DNA of 64,000 nt from the NCBI GenBank assembly GCA_963828465.1, contig CAWHEU010000027.1:1-64000 (forward strand), given 5' to 3'. Every line of letters starts with the position of its first letter. Within the stretch, counting starts at the first letter, position 1. The notes below the pieces were generated by a model, which searched no databases, was not told the DNA's origin, and saw nothing but the letters and a program-made list of their open reading frames with translations. Of the stretch, positions 18,591-30,998 are shown piece after piece. The translations under genes and the position numbers were made by a program. The DNA is from an uncultured Acidobacteriota bacterium (GTDB lineage Bacteria > Actinomycetota > Acidimicrobiia > Spongiisociales > ZC4RG35).

Positions 18591-19879
18591 AGCCCGGTTG
18601 CGACCGAGGCCAGACCGCGCTCTTCGATCATCGCCCGGCGGTATCCAAGCGACCGGTAGGCAGCGAGGGGCTCGATGGCCCCGCCCTTCACCCGACGGGC
18701 CTCCGCCACCAGCGGGCGGACGTCGATGCGGAAGGCGTCCTGAAGCAGGTGCTGTCCCAGAGCGGCGTCATTGGCCGTCTGAGCGTCGAGGAGAGCGTCG
18801 CGCTCCACCAGGAGCGCCTGGGCGTATGCGATCGACACCGCTTCGGTCGATTGGATCAGGTCCTCGAGCGGGTCCTTGATGTTGTGGCTCTGGTCGATCA
18901 TGTAGGCCAGCGCCGGGAGCCGACCCTCGCCGGCCCGGATCAACTCACAGAAGATGAGGAACAGCTGGAAAGGCCGAATCGAACCGGTGGTGAGGTCGTC
19001 GTCGCCGTACTTCGAATCGTTGAAGTGAAACCCACCGAGACGCCCGGCCATGGCCAGCCGGCTGACGATCTGCTCGATGTTGGCATTGGGGAGATGGTGG
19101 CCGAGATCGACCAGACACGAAGCCTTCGGCCCTGCCGCCTGGGCGAGGAGGAGCGACGAGCCCCAGTCGAAGTTGACCGTCGCGTAGAAGGCCGGCTCAT
19201 AGGGCTTGTGCTCGGTGTACATCTGCCAGCCGTCGGGCAGATGGTCGTGAATCGCGCCGAGGCCGTCCGCCACCCGCTCGAACTGGGTGGTGTGGTCGGC
19301 CTGGCCGGGGTGGTTGATGCCGTCGGCGAGCCAAACGGTCAGCGCGGTCGATCCCAGGCGGACCCCGAGATCGATCACGTACTTGTTGTGCTCGATGGCG
19401 ACCTCCCGCACGGCGGGGTCGGCGTTGGCCAGGCTCCCGAATTTGTAGGAGAGCTTGCCGTCGTCGGTCGTCGATGGGTTGTCCTGGAACGTGTTCGAGT
19501 TCATCGCATCGAAGCCGATCGCACCGGTCCTCGGCGTACTCACGCAAGCCCGTCTGGGTCCTCGGGATCGTCCCAAGGGACATGAAGCGAGATGGTCCCG
19601 TTGCTGGCGGTCAGTGTGTTGAGAAGGGCGACATCGTCGATCTTCTCCTCCGTGTTGCGGGGCTCGCCGCCGATCGGGAACCGGCCGAATCTGGTCCCGC
19701 CGGTCCCCACTGCCCACGAAGGAGCGGCGACATCGAAGTCTGCGAGCGCCGAGACCACGATCGGTCGGCGCTCGGCCCCGATTGCGCCGGTCGAGCCGGC
19801 CGGCCAGGTGCTCCAGGTCCTCTTGCAGTGGGGCCGCCCATACCTCGTTCAGCCCGGCGATCCGGTCCTGGTCGATCAT
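18587..19879 (-). CDS. rhaI: L-rhamnose isomerase (RhaI, xylose-isomerase-like type); compensating frameshifts within ~19520-19780
   Basis: PSWAVGTGGTRFGRF and SLHVPWD (ORF 19540..19758). Also NSNTFQD, SYKFGSL, VWLADG, EHKPYEPAFY, LVDLGHH, GGFHFNDSKYGDDDL, YMIDQSHN. Confidence 0.88.
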   Translation of the reverse strand: MIDQDRIAGLNEVWAAPLQEDLEHLAGRLDRRNRGRAPTDRGLGARRLRCRRSFVGSGDRRDQIRPVPDRRRAPQHGGEDRRCRPSQHTDRQQRDHLASCPLGRSRGPRRACVSTPRTGAIGFDAMNSNTFQDNPSTTDDGKLSYKFGSLANADPAVREVAIEHNKYVIDLGVRLGSTALTVWLADGINHPGQADHTTQFERVADGLGAIHDHLPDGWQMYTEHKPYEPAFYATVNFDWGSSLLLAQAAGPKASCLVDLGHHLPNANIEQIVSRLAMAGRLGGFHFNDSKYGDDDLTTGSIRPFQLFLIFCELIRAGEGRLPALAYMIDQSHNIKDPLEDLIQSTEAVSIAYAQALLVERDALLDAQTANDAALGQHLLQDAFRIDVRPLVAEARRVKGGAIEPLAAYRSLGYRRAMIEERGLASVATGL

Positions 19880-19895
19880 CTCGCTCCTCCTTGGC

Positions 19896-21945
19896 TCACC
19901 TCAGGAACGCCGAAACGACACCACTGTCCACCGGGATCATCAGCCCCGTGGTCTGGCTCAGCGCGCCACCGACCAGGGCCAGAGCGGCCTTGGCCACGTG
20001 CTCGGGGAGCACCTCCTGCTTGAGCAGGGTGCGATCGGCGTAGAACTTGCCCAACTCCTCCTCGGGCACTCCGTAGACCTTGGCCCGGTCCGCCCCCCAG
20101 CCGGCGGCGAAGATACCCGAGCCCTGGACCACGCCGTCCGGGTTGATCCCATTGACTCTGATCCCGTGCCGGCCCAACTCGGCAGCCAGCAAACGCACCT
20201 GATGGGCCTGGCTCGCCTTCGCCGACCCGTAGGCGAGGTTGTTGGGCCCGGCCACCACCGCGTTCTTGCTCACGACGTAGATGATGTCCCCTCCCCGTCC
20301 CTGGTCGATCATCGCCGAGGCGGCGTGCTTGGAGACGAGGAACGAGCCCTTGGCCATCACATCGTGTTGCAGGTCCCAGTCACGCTCGGTCGTGTCGAGC
20401 AAGCTCTTGGACAGGGAGAGGCCGGCGTTGTTGACGACGATATCGATGCCTCCGAAGGCGCGCACCGCAGCCTCGATCGCCTCTCGAACGGCTGTCTCAT
20501 CGGTGACATCTGCCTCGACCGGCAGCACGGTGTCGCTCGACCCGATTTGCTCGGACGTCTCTCGTGCCGAATCGAGATTGATGTCGACTGCGACGACCAC
20601 CGCGCCCGAGTCGGCGAACGTCTCGGCGATGGCCCGTCCGATGCCGGAACCTGCGCCGGTTACGAGCGCAACCCTCCCGGTTAGTGGCTTGGGCGGAGGG
20701 CGGCGGCGCAGCTTCATCTCCTCGAGCATCCAGTACTCGACCCGGAACTTCTCGGCCTCGGGGACCGGCTGATAAGTGGAGACCGCTTCGGCGCCGGTGA
20801 TGACGTTGATCGCATTGATGTAGAACTCGCCCGCGACCCGGGCGGTCTGGCTGTCGGCTCCAAAGCTGAACATGCCGATCCCGGGGATGAGGAAGATGGC
20901 CGGGTCCGCTCCGCGCATGGGCGGGGTCTCCGGCATCGGCATGACGCTCGTAGTAGGCCTGATACTCCTCCCTGTACTCGGCGTGGAGCTGACGGAGCCG
21001 GTCTATCCGCTCTTCGAGAGGCGACGCCGCTGGAAGGTCGAGGAGCAGGGGCCGCACCTTGGTGCGGATGAAATGATCGGGACAAGATGTCCCTCGTGGC
21101 ACGACACGTGGTGCCGCCTCGCGGCCAATGAAGTCGAGCACGATGTCGTCATCGAACCAGCGCCCCACCACGGGGCCGTCGGTTCCGGCCAGCCCGCGGA
21201 TCACGGGGGCCAGCGCCGCCGCCTGGGCATCCCGTTCCGATGGTTCCAACGGCTCGAACCCAGGGCGAATCGGCCCGAGGGGCTCCGACCGGCCGTGCCG
21301 TTCGATGAACTCGGTCGCCCTGGCGATGAGATCCAATGAGTTCGACTCGCAGGCCTCCGAGCTATCGCCCCAGGCGGTCAGGCCGTGGCCGCCCATCACC
21401 ACGCCCTTCAGGTCGGGTCGCTGTCTGCGCAGGTCCTCCATGTCCAGCGCCAGCTGGAAACCGGGCCGCCTCCATGGGACCCAGCCCACCTCGTCGCCGT
21501 AGCAACGTTTGGTCAGCTCTTCACCATCGGCCGAAGCGGCCAGTGCGATGACGGAATCGGGATGGAGGTGATCGATATGGGTCACGTCGAGGAGACCATG
21601 CATCGAGGTGTCGATGCTCGGTGCGGCGCCGGGGGGGCCGAAGATGCAGAAATCGAGCAGCTGATGCATCTCGTCTTCGTGCTCCTCACCCCGGTAGACA
21701 TCACTAAGGCGGCGTATGCCGTCGAGACGGAGCACGGATAGCCCATCGGCAGTGAGGGTGCCCAGATCGCCGCCTGACCCCTTGACCCACATCACCTCGA
21801 CTTCGTCGCCGGAGGCCGGGTCGGTGAGTTGACCCTTGGCCGAGGTGTTGCCACCGCCGTAGTTGGTGTTGCGCCGATCGGCGCCGAGCCGGTTGGAACG
21901 AGCGATCAGCTCGTCGACTACAGATGGCTGTTCACCGGCGCTCAT
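19896..21945 (-). CDS. rhaD: Bifunctional rhamnulose-1-phosphate aldolase / short-chain dehydrogenase; frameshift near 20940
   Basis: RSNRLGAD...TNYGGGNTSAK, KGSGGDLGT, PSIDTSMH, DHLHPD, GTSCPDHFIRTK. Then EKFRVEYWMLEEMKL, TGAGSGIG, NNAG, YGSAKA, NGINPD. Confidence 0.92.
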
Positions 21946-21998
21946 CGATCCCCGTCTCGAGTCTCCGCATCGTTCTTCCTCCTGCCCTCGGGCAGAGG

Positions 21999-22026
21999 TG
22001 TGCGATCGGGCGTTAGATATCGCACA
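21999..22026. promoter_or_regulatory. Inverted repeat upstream of rhaD, candidate operator
   Basis: TGTGCGAT-N12-ATCGCACA in the rhaS-rhaD intergenic region. Confidence 0.4.
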
Positions 22027-22055
22027 ATCTTACACCGCTCGCCAAGCCCGAGGCC

Positions 22056-22082
22056 CGCCCGGGCCCATCACGGGCCCGGGCG
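22056..22082 (-). terminator. GC-rich hairpin downstream of rhaS (terminator or mRNA-stabilising stem)
   Basis: Perfect 11-bp stem CGCCCGGGCCC-ATCAC-GGGCCCGGGCG, 11 nt after the stop codon. No clear U-tract. Confidence 0.55.
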
Positions 22083-22093
22083 AAGCCACAGAC

Positions 22094-23264
22094 TCAGGTG
22101 CCCGGGTTCTCCGCGTTGTACTTGGAGAACGGTCCCATCAGCACCCGCAACCCGGCATCCCGGGTCGGGTCCGCGGTGATCTCGTACTCACCCATGCGAC
22201 CGGCGACGAAGGTGGTGCCTTCCTCAGCAACGATCTGCTCGGTGGCTATCCCGTATGCCACGTAGTAGGCGAGGTACCCGAGATCGACGAAGCTCCACAA
22301 GTGCGAACTCCGGAGCGCATCCGCTCTCGACATAGGGCGCCATCTCCTCGGGGAGGCCGAGACCCGAGACCTTGATCGTCTCGCAGAGGCCCTCCTGAGT
22401 CATCGCCTGCGCCGCGGCAACGATCCCGACCGTGGTCGGGGCCATGATGAGCTCGAGATCGGGATGCGAGTCGACCAGACCCAGGGCGGCCGTCACCGAA
22501 TCCTCGGCGACGTCGTTGCCGTACACGGTCTCGACCAACACCAGATTCTCGAACTCGGGCGTGGCGAGGACCTCCTCCATGGCCGCGATCCAGGCGTTCT
22601 GGTTCGCCGCGTCCGGTGTCGCCGACAGGATGGCGAACTCGCCACCGTCGTCACCGAGGATGGTGCGAGCCATCTCGGCCATGACCTGGCCGGTCTCGTC
22701 GAAGTCGACCTGGGCCACGAACACGCTCTCGCCCGTGGCCGATGGGATCGGAGAGTCCCAGGTCACCACCGGGATGCCGGCATCGGCCGCCGCCTGAGCA
22801 GGCGCATCCAACTGATCGCCGGAGTTGTTGGAGAGCATGATCGCGTCGACACCCTGGGTGACGGCGTTGGTCATGAACTCGATCTGCCCGGTGGTGTCAC
22901 CACAGTCGGCGGGGCCGACGAACTCGGCCGGGTCGGAGCCGAGCTCCGCCGCGGCTTCCTCGGCACCTCAGTTGGCCTGCGGGAACACCGCGATGTTGGT
23001 GCACTTGGGCAGGAACGTCGCCGTGATCGAGTCGCCTGCGGTGATCTCCACGGCCTCCCCGCCGGCGGCCGCAGATGTTGTCGTCTCCGCAGCGGCCGAC
23101 GTGGTCGTCTCGGCCGCGACCGTCGTCGTGGCCTCAGCCGCGGTCGTGGTTGCTTCACCTGCGGTGGTCGTGGTGTCGCCGCTATCCCCGCCACAGGCGG
23201 CGAGTATCAAGGCAACGACCACCAGCGGGCCCAGGACCCGGCTGCGTCGCTTGTTTGCTTTCAC
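22094..23264 (-). CDS. rhaS: Rhamnose ABC transporter substrate-binding lipoprotein; several frameshifts
   Basis: Lipobox ILAAC and Thr/Ala tether, then [68 protein letters not shown], spread across ORFs 22968..23264, 22224..22874 and 22094..22333. Confidence 0.82.
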
Positions 23265-23341
23265 TATCTCTTTCCTCCTCTTGATTTTGGTGTCTCGGTA
23301 TTCATCGATATGAGCCGTAGCTACCTCCGTTCAGTGGTTGG

Positions 23342-24328
23342 TCAGGGGGGACCATGTGCCATCGCCTCAGGCGCGGGGCGGCGGAGGCGATACCTCCGGG
23401 CGAGATTGGGAACCAGCACCGACCCGATCAGCAGCAGGCCGATGACCCCGGTCTGGGTGATTCCGTCGATGTTGGCCAGCCCGAGGCCGTTGCGGATGTT
23501 GAGAACGGTGAACAGGGCCAGAACCACCCCGAGCATGGATCCCGACCCGCCAAAGATGCTCACCCCTCCGAGGAGCACCATGGTGATGATGTCCAGCTCA
23601 TAGGTTTCGCCAAGGGTCCCCTGGACTGCTCCGACGCGGGCGGCGAACAGGACCCCGGCCAGCCCGGCGACAGTGCCCGAGGCGACGAACAGCCGCATCT
23701 TCACCGAGTCGACTTCGATGCCGGAGAAACGTGCGACATCGGCGCTGTTGCCGATCACGTAAACCTTCCGTCCGAAGGCACTCCGCTCGAGGATGATCCA
23801 GGCCAGGGCAAGGCCAACGAAGAAGAGGACGAGGGCGACCGGGAACGGACCGAAGAGGGTCTGCTGGCCGATCCTCTCGAACCATTCCGGGAAGTCCCCC
23901 ACGGACCGGTCCTCGAGAAGGACACGTGCCGCCCCGCGGAACCCGATCAGCCCGGCGAGGGTCACCACCAGCGAGGGCAGGCCGAATCGGGTGATGACGA
24001 GGCCCTGGAGAAGCCCGGCGAGGGCACCGGCGACAATGCCGATCACGATGGCGAGGACGAACGCCATCTCTCCGCCTTCGTAGAGGGTCGCCATCACCGC
24101 CGCCGAGAACCCCATGACCGAGGCCACGGAGAGATCGATCTCACCATTGATGATCACAAACGTCATCACGATGACGACGATGATCTTCTCGATCGATAGC
24201 CAGAAGAGGTTCACGAAGTTCCCGAAACCGAGATAGAACGGGGACAGGGAGACGTTGACGACGATCGTCGCCGCCAGCACGACGATCAGGATCGACTCCC
24301 AACGATGCTTGGCCGCCCACTCACGCAT
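23342..24328 (-). CDS. Rhamnose ABC transporter permease (RhaQ-like)
   Basis: [50 protein letters not shown]. Confidence 0.88.
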   Translation of the reverse strand: MREWAAKHRWESILIVVLAATIVVNVSLSPFYLGFGNFVNLFWLSIEKIIVVIVMTFVIINGEIDLSVASVMGFSAAVMATLYEGGEMAFVLAIVIGIVAGALAGLLQGLVITRFGLPSLVVTLAGLIGFRGAARVLLEDRSVGDFPEWFERIGQQTLFGPFPVALVLFFVGLALAWIILERSAFGRKVYVIGNSADVARFSGIEVDSVKMRLFVASGTVAGLAGVLFAARVGAVQGTLGETYELDIITMVLLGGVSIFGGSGSMLGVVLALFTVLNIRNGLGLANIDGITQTGVIGLLLIGSVLVPNLARRYRLRRPAPEAMAHGPP

Positions 24329-25427
24329 CGGCAGTCCCCCCGCCTCCTCCCGCCATGCGGGCCATCCCGACAGCCGAGGGGCCCGTGGACTCCATCGCCT
24401 TTCTCGCCTCGGCTGACCAGCGACGGTTGAAACGGTTGCGAAGGACCGTGTCGAGGATGACCGCAGCCAGGATCAGGATCCCGAGGAAGGCATCACGCCA
24501 GAACTCACTGACCTCCGGCACGCGGACCAAGCTGAGCTTGAGGGTGTCGATGAACACAGCGCCGAGGAAGGCGCCCACCATGGTGCCGGATCCACCAAGG
24601 ATGCTGACCCCACCAACAACAGCCGCAGCCACGGACTCGAGCTCGAGCCCGGCACCGGCGGTGGCGCTGATCGTGCCGGCCCGAGCCAGGAACATGAATC
24701 CGGCCAGCCCCGCCAGGGCCCCGGAGCCGACGAACGACCAAAAGACGAGAGACGCGGTCGGTAACCCGGCTTGGGCCGCTGCCGACGGGTTGGATCCGAT
24801 GGCGTAGATCCGTCTCCCCCAGCGCAGCCTGGCCAAGGCGAATTGCAGACCTACCACCACGAACACGGCGATCAAGAACACCAGCCGCACCTCGAATCCG
24901 GCGATCGTGAACAGCGTGACATTGTTGAACTCGAGCACCCATGAAGGAAGGTCGCCGGCAAGGACATTGGCCCCCTCCGAGTAGATGCTGAGCAAGGTGC
25001 GAAACAGCGCCAGTGTGCCCAGCGTGACGATGATTGCCGGCACACCGCCGTAGGCAACGAGGAGGCCGTTGACCGATCCCAGGACCGCCCCGACCACGAT
25101 GGCCACCAGCACGGCTGCGATAGGTCCTTGCCCGGTGGCCGCCAGGAAATCACCGGTGAGATAGGCGGCCACACCCACGATCGAGCCCACAGACAGATCG
25201 ATGTTGCGGCTGAATATGACCAGCGCCTGGGCAGCGGCGAGAAGGGTCACGACCACGACGCTCGTGGTGACCCGGTTGAAGAAGCGTCCGCTGAGATAAC
25301 CCTCGATGAGGAAGGCGAACACCAACACCGACACCGCGATGATGGCGAGGAGGGTCGCCTCCTTCACCCGCTCCGGACGGAGGAACCTGGTGCTCTTCGA
25401 GGCTGCTTCCGCAGCGGATTCGGTCAC
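24321..25427 (-). CDS. Rhamnose ABC transporter permease (RhaP-like)
   Basis: [53 protein letters not shown]. Confidence 0.88.
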   Translation of the reverse strand: MTESAAEAASKSTRFLRPERVKEATLLAIIAVSVLVFAFLIEGYLSGRFFNRVTTSVVVVTLLAAAQALVIFSRNIDLSVGSIVGVAAYLTGDFLAATGQGPIAAVLVAIVVGAVLGSVNGLLVAYGGVPAIIVTLGTLALFRTLLSIYSEGANVLAGDLPSWVLEFNNVTLFTIAGFEVRLVFLIAVFVVVGLQFALARLRWGRRIYAIGSNPSAAAQAGLPTASLVFWSFVGSGALAGLAGFMFLARAGTISATAGAGLELESVAAAVVGGVSILGGSGTMVGAFLGAVFIDTLKLSLVRVPEVSEFWRDAFLGILILAAVILDTVLRNRFNRRWSAEARKAMESTGPSAVGMARMAGGGGGTADA

Positions 25428-26921
25428 CGAGCACCAACTGCGGCGGTCATGATGCGCTCCTGAGTGGCGTCACGACGCGGATAGATGCCGATCAAACTGC
25501 CCTCGCGCATGACGGCGACCCGGTCGCTCATGGCGATGACCTCGGGCAAGTCGGAGGAGATCAGCATGATCGCGATCCCCGAGGTGGCGAGCTCGTCGAT
25601 GAATTTGTGGACGTCGGCCTTGGCCCCGACATCGATGCCCCGGGTCGGCTCGTCCAGGATCAACACCTTGGGGTGGGTGTTGAGCCATTTGGCGAGCATG
25701 GTCTTCTGCTGATTGCCACCCGGACAGCTGGCTGACCGGTGTCGACAGGCTGGGCGCCCGGATGCCGAGCCGTTGCCGCAATGCCTCGGCGTCGGCGCGC
25801 TCCTGGTCGCGGTCGATGAGACCGAGTGCGCTCGTGTACCGGTTCAGGGTCGCCAGTGTCACGTTGGCGACCAGCGATTGCTCGACCGACAGGCCGAGTC
25901 TGCGCCGGTCCTCCGAGAGATACGCGATCCCGCTGGCCAGCGCCTGTCGTGGAGACCTGATGTCGAGGGTCTTGCCCTCCAATTCGATGGTGCCTTCATC
26001 GGCCGGATGGACGCCGAACAGCGAGAGAGCGATGTCGGTGCGGCCAGACCCGACGAGACCGGCGAATCCGAGCACCTCCCCGCGTCGCACGTCGAAGGTC
26101 ACATCGGAGAAGACGCCGGACACACCAAGCGAATCGACCCTCAACACCGCTTCACCCTCGGGGTGCTCACCCCTGGCGAAGAAGTCAGACGGGTCCCGCC
26201 CCACCATCTCACGCACCAGCGACTCTTCCGTGACTTCATTGGCCGGACGGGTCGAGATGTGCCGCCCGTCGCGGAACACCGAGATCCGATCGGATATGGC
26301 GAAGAGCTCCTCCAGCCGATGTGTGATGAAGAGGACGGACACGCCCGCCTCCTTCAGGCTGCGTACCTGACGGAACAGGCGATCGACCTCGTGGGCGGAG
26401 AGCGCCGCGGTCGGCTCGTCCATGATCAGAACCCGCACGTCGAGCGAAATCGCCTTGGCGATCTCGACTGCCTGCTGGCCGGCGACGGTGAGTCCGGCGG
26501 CGGGGAGGCGAGGGTCGATCTCGATGTCGAGCTTGGCGAGGATCCGCGGAGGCTTCCCGGTACATCGTCGACCAGTCGACCATCATTCCCTGGTCCTGAT
26601 GCCCGATGAAGATGTTCTCCGCCACGCTGAGGTCGGGAAACACCGACGGCTCCTGATAGATGGCGGCGATCCCCTGACGCTGGGCGTCGGCCGAGCTTCG
26701 TCGGGGCAAACGGCTCGCCCCCGAAGGGTCATCTCACCGGAGTCGGCCGGGTAGAGACCGGTCATGATCTTGATGAGGGTGGACTTTCCGGCTCCGTTCT
26801 CACCGACGAGGGAGTGGATCTCCCCGGCCCGGAGCGACAGTGAGACTTCCGACAGGGCCTGAGTGGCGTCGAAGCGCTTGGACACCCCCTTGATCTCGAT
26901 GACCGGCCGGGGTTCGCTCAA
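25424..26921 (-). CDS. Sugar (CUT2) ABC transporter ATPase with two NBDs (RhaT-like); several frameshifts
   Basis: [62 protein letters not shown] (split by an indel), [22 protein letters not shown]. Confidence 0.88.
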
Positions 26922-26937
26922 ACCAGCTTCCTCCTAT

Positions 26938-26977
26938 GTGAACGCCGGGGAGTGAGGACGTTCACTTATGTAACATA
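26938..26977. promoter_or_regulatory. AT-rich divergent promoter region (rhamnose ABC operon / lactate dehydrogenase) with inverted repeats
   Basis: GTGAACG-N14-CGTTCAC (26938-26965) and TATGT-A-ACATA (26967-26977). Confidence 0.4.
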
Positions 26978-27021
26978 TCACACTAGATAACGAGGTGTCG
27001 GCCCAACTACCGTGTTTGACG

Positions 27022-28258
27022 ATGCAGTCTCAGACGCCGAGGAAACGCTGGTTCGGATCACTCCGCGAGCTTCGGTTCCGGGGTCTCGAGCTGAGCCCGA
27101 CGAAGCGAAGGCTGCGGAAGGGCGTCTCGGTATCCGATCTACGCGCCATCGCCAAACGTCGGCTTCCCCGTGGGGTCTTCGATTACATCGACGGCGGGGC
27201 CGAAGACGAGCTGGCGCTGAGGTCGAATTCCGAGGCATATCGACGAATGACGTTCCGTCCCCGCGTCCTCAGGGATGTGAGCGAGGTCGACACCTCCTCT
27301 TCCCTCCTCGGCAAGCCCCTCCCCTACCCATTGGTCCTCGCACCCACCGGCTTCACCCGCATCGCTGACCCGGCCGGTGAGCTGGCGGTGGCACGGGCCG
27401 CCCAGCGCTGCCGGGCTTCCCTATTCGCTCTCGACCCTGGGGACCCGGTCGATCGAGGAGGTGGCGGCGGTCAGCACGGGGCGGCTGTGGTTCCAGGTGT
27501 ACGTGTGGAAGGACCGGGGCCTGGTCGCAGAGATGGTGGAGCGGGCGCGGGACTCCGGCTACGAGGCGCTTTGTCTCACAGTCGACACCGCAGTGTTTGG
27601 CAAGAGGGAGCGGGATGTGAGGCGGGGCTTCACATTGCCACCGAAGCTCGGCCTGTCCACGATCTTGGACGGCATCATCCACCCCGGTTGGACATGGCAG
27701 TTCCTGACCAACGACCCGATCGTCTTCGCCAACGTCGCCGGGCGCAGTGTCGGGGAGGGCGGAGAGACGGTGGCCCTTGCCGAGTACGTCAGCAATCAGT
27801 TCGACCCGGGACTGTCCTGGAGCGATGTCGAATGGCTGCGGGCAAGATGGAACGGCCCAATTGTGCTCAAGGGGATCCAGACCGTCGACGACGCCAGGAT
27901 CGCCGCGGACGAGGGACTCGAAGCAATCGCCCTCTCCAATCACGGTGGCCGTCAACTGGACTCCGCACCCGCTCCTCTAGATCTCCTTCCCGAAGTCGTC
28001 GACGCGGTCGGGGACCGAATCGAGATCATCTGTGACGGCGGAGTACGGCGCGGGAGCGACATCGTCAAAGCCCTGGCGCTCGGGGCCACCGCCTGCATGG
28101 CTGGTCGTGCCTACCTGTACGGGCTGGGGGCTGCGGGAGAGGCAGGAGTGGATCACGTCCTCGATCTCTTTGCGAGCGACATGAGACGCACCATGGCGCT
28201 GATCGGTTGTCGAACGGTCAAAGAGCTCGACCGGGAATACCTCGACCTCGGGGCCTGA
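27022..28258 (+). CDS. lldD: FMN-dependent alpha-hydroxy acid dehydrogenase (L-lactate dehydrogenase-like); frameshift near 27405
   Basis: AKRRLPRGVFDYIDGGAEDE, FRPRVLRDVS, LAPTG. Then WFQVY, LTVD, GKRERD, LKGI, LSNHGGRQLD, DGGVRRGSDIVKALALGA, GRAYLYGL. Confidence 0.85.
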
Positions 28259-28290
28259 CCACCACCAGCACTCGTTTGTAGACTCCCGGC

Positions 28291-29325
28291 ATGCAGAGAG
28301 CCGTGACCCTCCGAGAGGTCGCCGACAAGGCAGGGGTTCACCCCTCGACCGCGTCGCGCGCTCTGAACCCCTCCACCCGAGACCTGGTCAACGAGGGGAC
28401 CATCGAACGAGTCACGGCTGCCGCACGTGACCTCGGCTACCGCCCAAACTCCATGGCCAGAGGGCTCAAGACGAACAAGACCTTCTCGATCGGCATGCTC
28501 CTCCCCGACCTGACCAACCCGCTGTTCCCACCAATAGTCCGGGGCGTCGAGGACGTTCTGGGGACCGCCGATTACACCCTCATCCTGGGCAACACCGACA
28601 ACGACGCAGAGCGTGAGGGCCAACTCCTCGCATCGATGATGAATCGCCGCGTGGACGGGTTGATCCTGGCCACCGCCCACCGCAACACCCCGGCGATCGA
28701 TGACCTGGTCGAATCCGGGCTGCCCCTCGTGCTGGTCAACCGGACAGTCGATGATCAGAAGGTCCCCTCGGTCACGACCGACGATCACGCCGGCATCGGC
28801 CTCGCAGTCCGTCATCTCGTCGAGCTGGGTCACACCCGTATTGCCCACGTCGGAGGGCCCCAGCATCTCTCCACCGGTCTCGATCGCTATCAGGGCTTCG
28901 TCGCCTGGATGAAGATCATGGGCCTCGACGTGGACCCCGACCTGGTGAGCTTCGCCGATTGGTACCACGAAGATCCGGGGGCCAAGGCATTCTGGGCAAT
29001 CCTCGACCGCCGCGCCGATTTCACGGCGGTCATCGCCGCCAACGATCTGATCGCCATCGGCTGTTACGACGTCCTAGGCGACACGGGCCGCTCTATTGGC
29101 GGAGATGTGTCCGTTGTGGGCTACAACGACATGCCTTTCGCCGACAAGCTCTCTCCCCCGCTCACCACAGTGCAGATCCCGCACTATCAGGTCGGCGTGA
29201 GGGCGGCGGATCTCATGCTCGAGATCCTCGATGACAGCGATGATTCTGTACCGGTCTCCATCAAGCTGACCCCGACGCTGGCCGCCCGCCGGTCGACCGG
29301 GCCGGCGCCTACGGAGACGAGTTGA
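28291..29325 (+). CDS. LacI-family transcriptional regulator (probably leaderless)
   Basis: [66 protein letters not shown] lies 6 nt before the ATG. Confidence 0.92.
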   Translation: MQRAVTLREVADKAGVHPSTASRALNPSTRDLVNEGTIERVTAAARDLGYRPNSMARGLKTNKTFSIGMLLPDLTNPLFPPIVRGVEDVLGTADYTLILGNTDNDAEREGQLLASMMNRRVDGLILATAHRNTPAIDDLVESGLPLVLVNRTVDDQKVPSVTTDDHAGIGLAVRHLVELGHTRIAHVGGPQHLSTGLDRYQGFVAWMKIMGLDVDPDLVSFADWYHEDPGAKAFWAILDRRADFTAVIAANDLIAIGCYDVLGDTGRSIGGDVSVVGYNDMPFADKLSPPLTTVQIPHYQVGVRAADLMLEILDDSDDSVPVSIKLTPTLAARRSTGPAPTETS

Positions 29326-30535
29326 CCCTGCGCCGTTCCTCGAGAAATCGTCGCTCTACCTCGTTGGAGACGAGAGCGAGCGCCTCGCCGTAGGCATCGT
29401 CCGCCGCATCGACCTCACCAAGTCGCCGTAAGAGCTCGGCCCGTGTGGCGTGGTACAGGTGGTATCTATCGAGATCCATGTCGTCGAGCAATGAGAGGGC
29501 ATCGGGCTCGCCGTGGACCTCAGCGACCGCCACCGCCCTGTTGAGGGCGACGACCGGGGTCGGGGCCTGCACCATGAGCATGTCGTACAACTGGAGGATC
29601 TGGCCCCAGTCGGTGTCATCGGCATCCGCCGCATCGCTGTGAACCGCGGCGATCGCCGCCTGGATCTGGAACGGGCCGGGCCGGTTTCTCCGCAGACATG
29701 CCTTGACGAGAGCCTGGCCGTCGTCGATGAGTGTTCGGTCCCACCGGTTTCGGTCCTGGTCGGCGAGGAGCACCATCGAACCGTCCGATGTAGTGCGGGC
29801 CGGGCGACGTGACTCCGAGAGGAGAAGGAGCGCCAGAAGGCCGACTGCTTCCGGCTCGTCGGGCATCAGATCCGCAAGCAGACGGGCAAGTCTCAATGCC
29901 TCGAGGGCGAGATCGGTTCGCAGCAGCGCCTCGCCGCTGAAGGCTGTGTAGCCCTCGTTGTAGATGAGGTAGACAACGGTAAGCACCGAGCCCAGCCGAT
30001 CCGGCAGGTCCGCATCGGCGGGGACCCGATACGGGATGTTGGCGGCCTTGATCTTCCGCTTTGCCCTCACCAGGCGCTGCGCCATCGTTGGCTCTGGTAC
30101 GAGGAATGCTCGCGCGATCTCGGGAGTCTGCAGGCCGCCGAGCAGACGAAGGGTCAGCGCCACCGCCGATGACGTGTCCAGGGCGGGATGACAACAGGTG
30201 AAAATCAGCCGGAGCCGGTCGTCGCTCACCGGCCCCTCGACAGGTCCGGGCTCGGATTGAGCTTGTAGTTCGACTGCATGAGCATGTCGTTCCTCCCGGC
30301 TCGACTCACGCCGCAGCTTGTCGATGGCGCGATTTCGAGCCGTGGTGACGATCCAGCCTCCCGGGTTGGGGGGCATACCCGTCTCCGGCCATTTCTCGGT
30401 CGCCACCAGGAAGGCGTCCTGAACCGCCTCCTCGGCGAGGTCGATGTCGCGAAAGAGGCGGATCAGGGTGGCTATCGCCTTGCCGGACTCTTCCCGGAAG
30501 GCCCGATCGATTGCAGCTAACTCGAGACCGGCCAA
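29309..30535 (-). CDS. ECF sigma factor with C-terminal TPR extension (ECF42 type)
   Basis: [47 protein letters not shown]...[48 protein letters not shown]. Confidence 0.9.
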   Translation of the reverse strand: MAGLELAAIDRAFREESGKAIATLIRLFRDIDLAEEAVQDAFLVATEKWPETGMPPNPGGWIVTTARNRAIDKLRRESSREERHAHAVELQAQSEPGPVEGPVSDDRLRLIFTCCHPALDTSSAVALTLRLLGGLQTPEIARAFLVPEPTMAQRLVRAKRKIKAANIPYRVPADADLPDRLGSVLTVVYLIYNEGYTAFSGEALLRTDLALEALRLARLLADLMPDEPEAVGLLALLLLSESRRPARTTSDGSMVLLADQDRNRWDRTLIDDGQALVKACLRRNRPGPFQIQAAIAAVHSDAADADDTDWGQILQLYDMLMVQAPTPVVALNRAVAVAEVHGEPDALSLLDDMDLDRYHLYHATRAELLRRLGEVDAADDAYGEALALVSNEVERRFLEERRRVNSSP

Positions 30536-30539
30536 GGCC

Positions 30540-30896
30540 TCAGGCTTCGGGCTCGTCCTGGAAGGGACGCACTTCGATCGGGCCCTGGCAGGCCACGGTC
30601 GCCTTGCTAGCCCATGCCAGGGCGGCGTCGAGATCGGGCGCCTCGATGACCCAGAAGCCACCGACCTGTTCTTTGGTCTCGGCGTATGGCCCGTCGGTGA
30701 CGACGGTCTCGCCATTCTTCTCCCTGACCACCGTGGCGGTGTCGGCCGGGTGGAGCCCACCGGCGAAGACCCATGCGCCGGCCTCCCTGATCTCGTTGTT
30801 GAGCGCGTCGACATCGGCGTAGATCTTCTCTAGGACGTCGGCGGGAAGATCCTCCGGCCGCTCATCATCGAATACCGAAATCATGTACTGGGTCAT
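30540..30896 (-). CDS. YciI/DGPF-family protein, the usual ECF42 partner
   Basis: [39 protein letters not shown]. Confidence 0.92.
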   Translation of the reverse strand: MTQYMISVFDDERPEDLPADVLEKIYADVDALNNEIREAGAWVFAGGLHPADTATVVREKNGETVVTDGPYAETKEQVGGFWVIEAPDLDAALAWASKATVACQGPIEVRPFQDEPEA

Positions 30897-30944
30897 GACG
30901 ATCCTTTCCGTCGAGGGGGCACCATGCCCATCCTCATACCCCAA

Positions 30945-30972
30945 CTACGAACGCGCTCACCGTAGATCGACC
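30945..30972 (-). promoter_or_regulatory. Candidate ECF42-type autoregulatory promoter
   Basis: Minus strand GGTCGA-N15-TTCGTAG upstream of yciI resembles the TGTCGA/-10 CGT(C) ECF42 consensus. Confidence 0.45.
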
Positions 30973-30998
30973 GGTTCTCAGAGAAATTTCGGGGCCAG

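Noticed and set aside
23060-23180. Short tandem repeats as a possible CRISPR array or mobile repeat
   Set aside because: They are in-frame codon repeats encoding a Thr/Ala linker, with no constant repeat-unique spacer structure and no cas genes.
17174-27420. Programmed ribosomal frameshifting or phase variation in the rhamnose genes
   Set aside because: The indels are numerous and scattered, and I saw no slippery heptamers or simple-sequence tracts at them. Sequencing error is more parsimonious.
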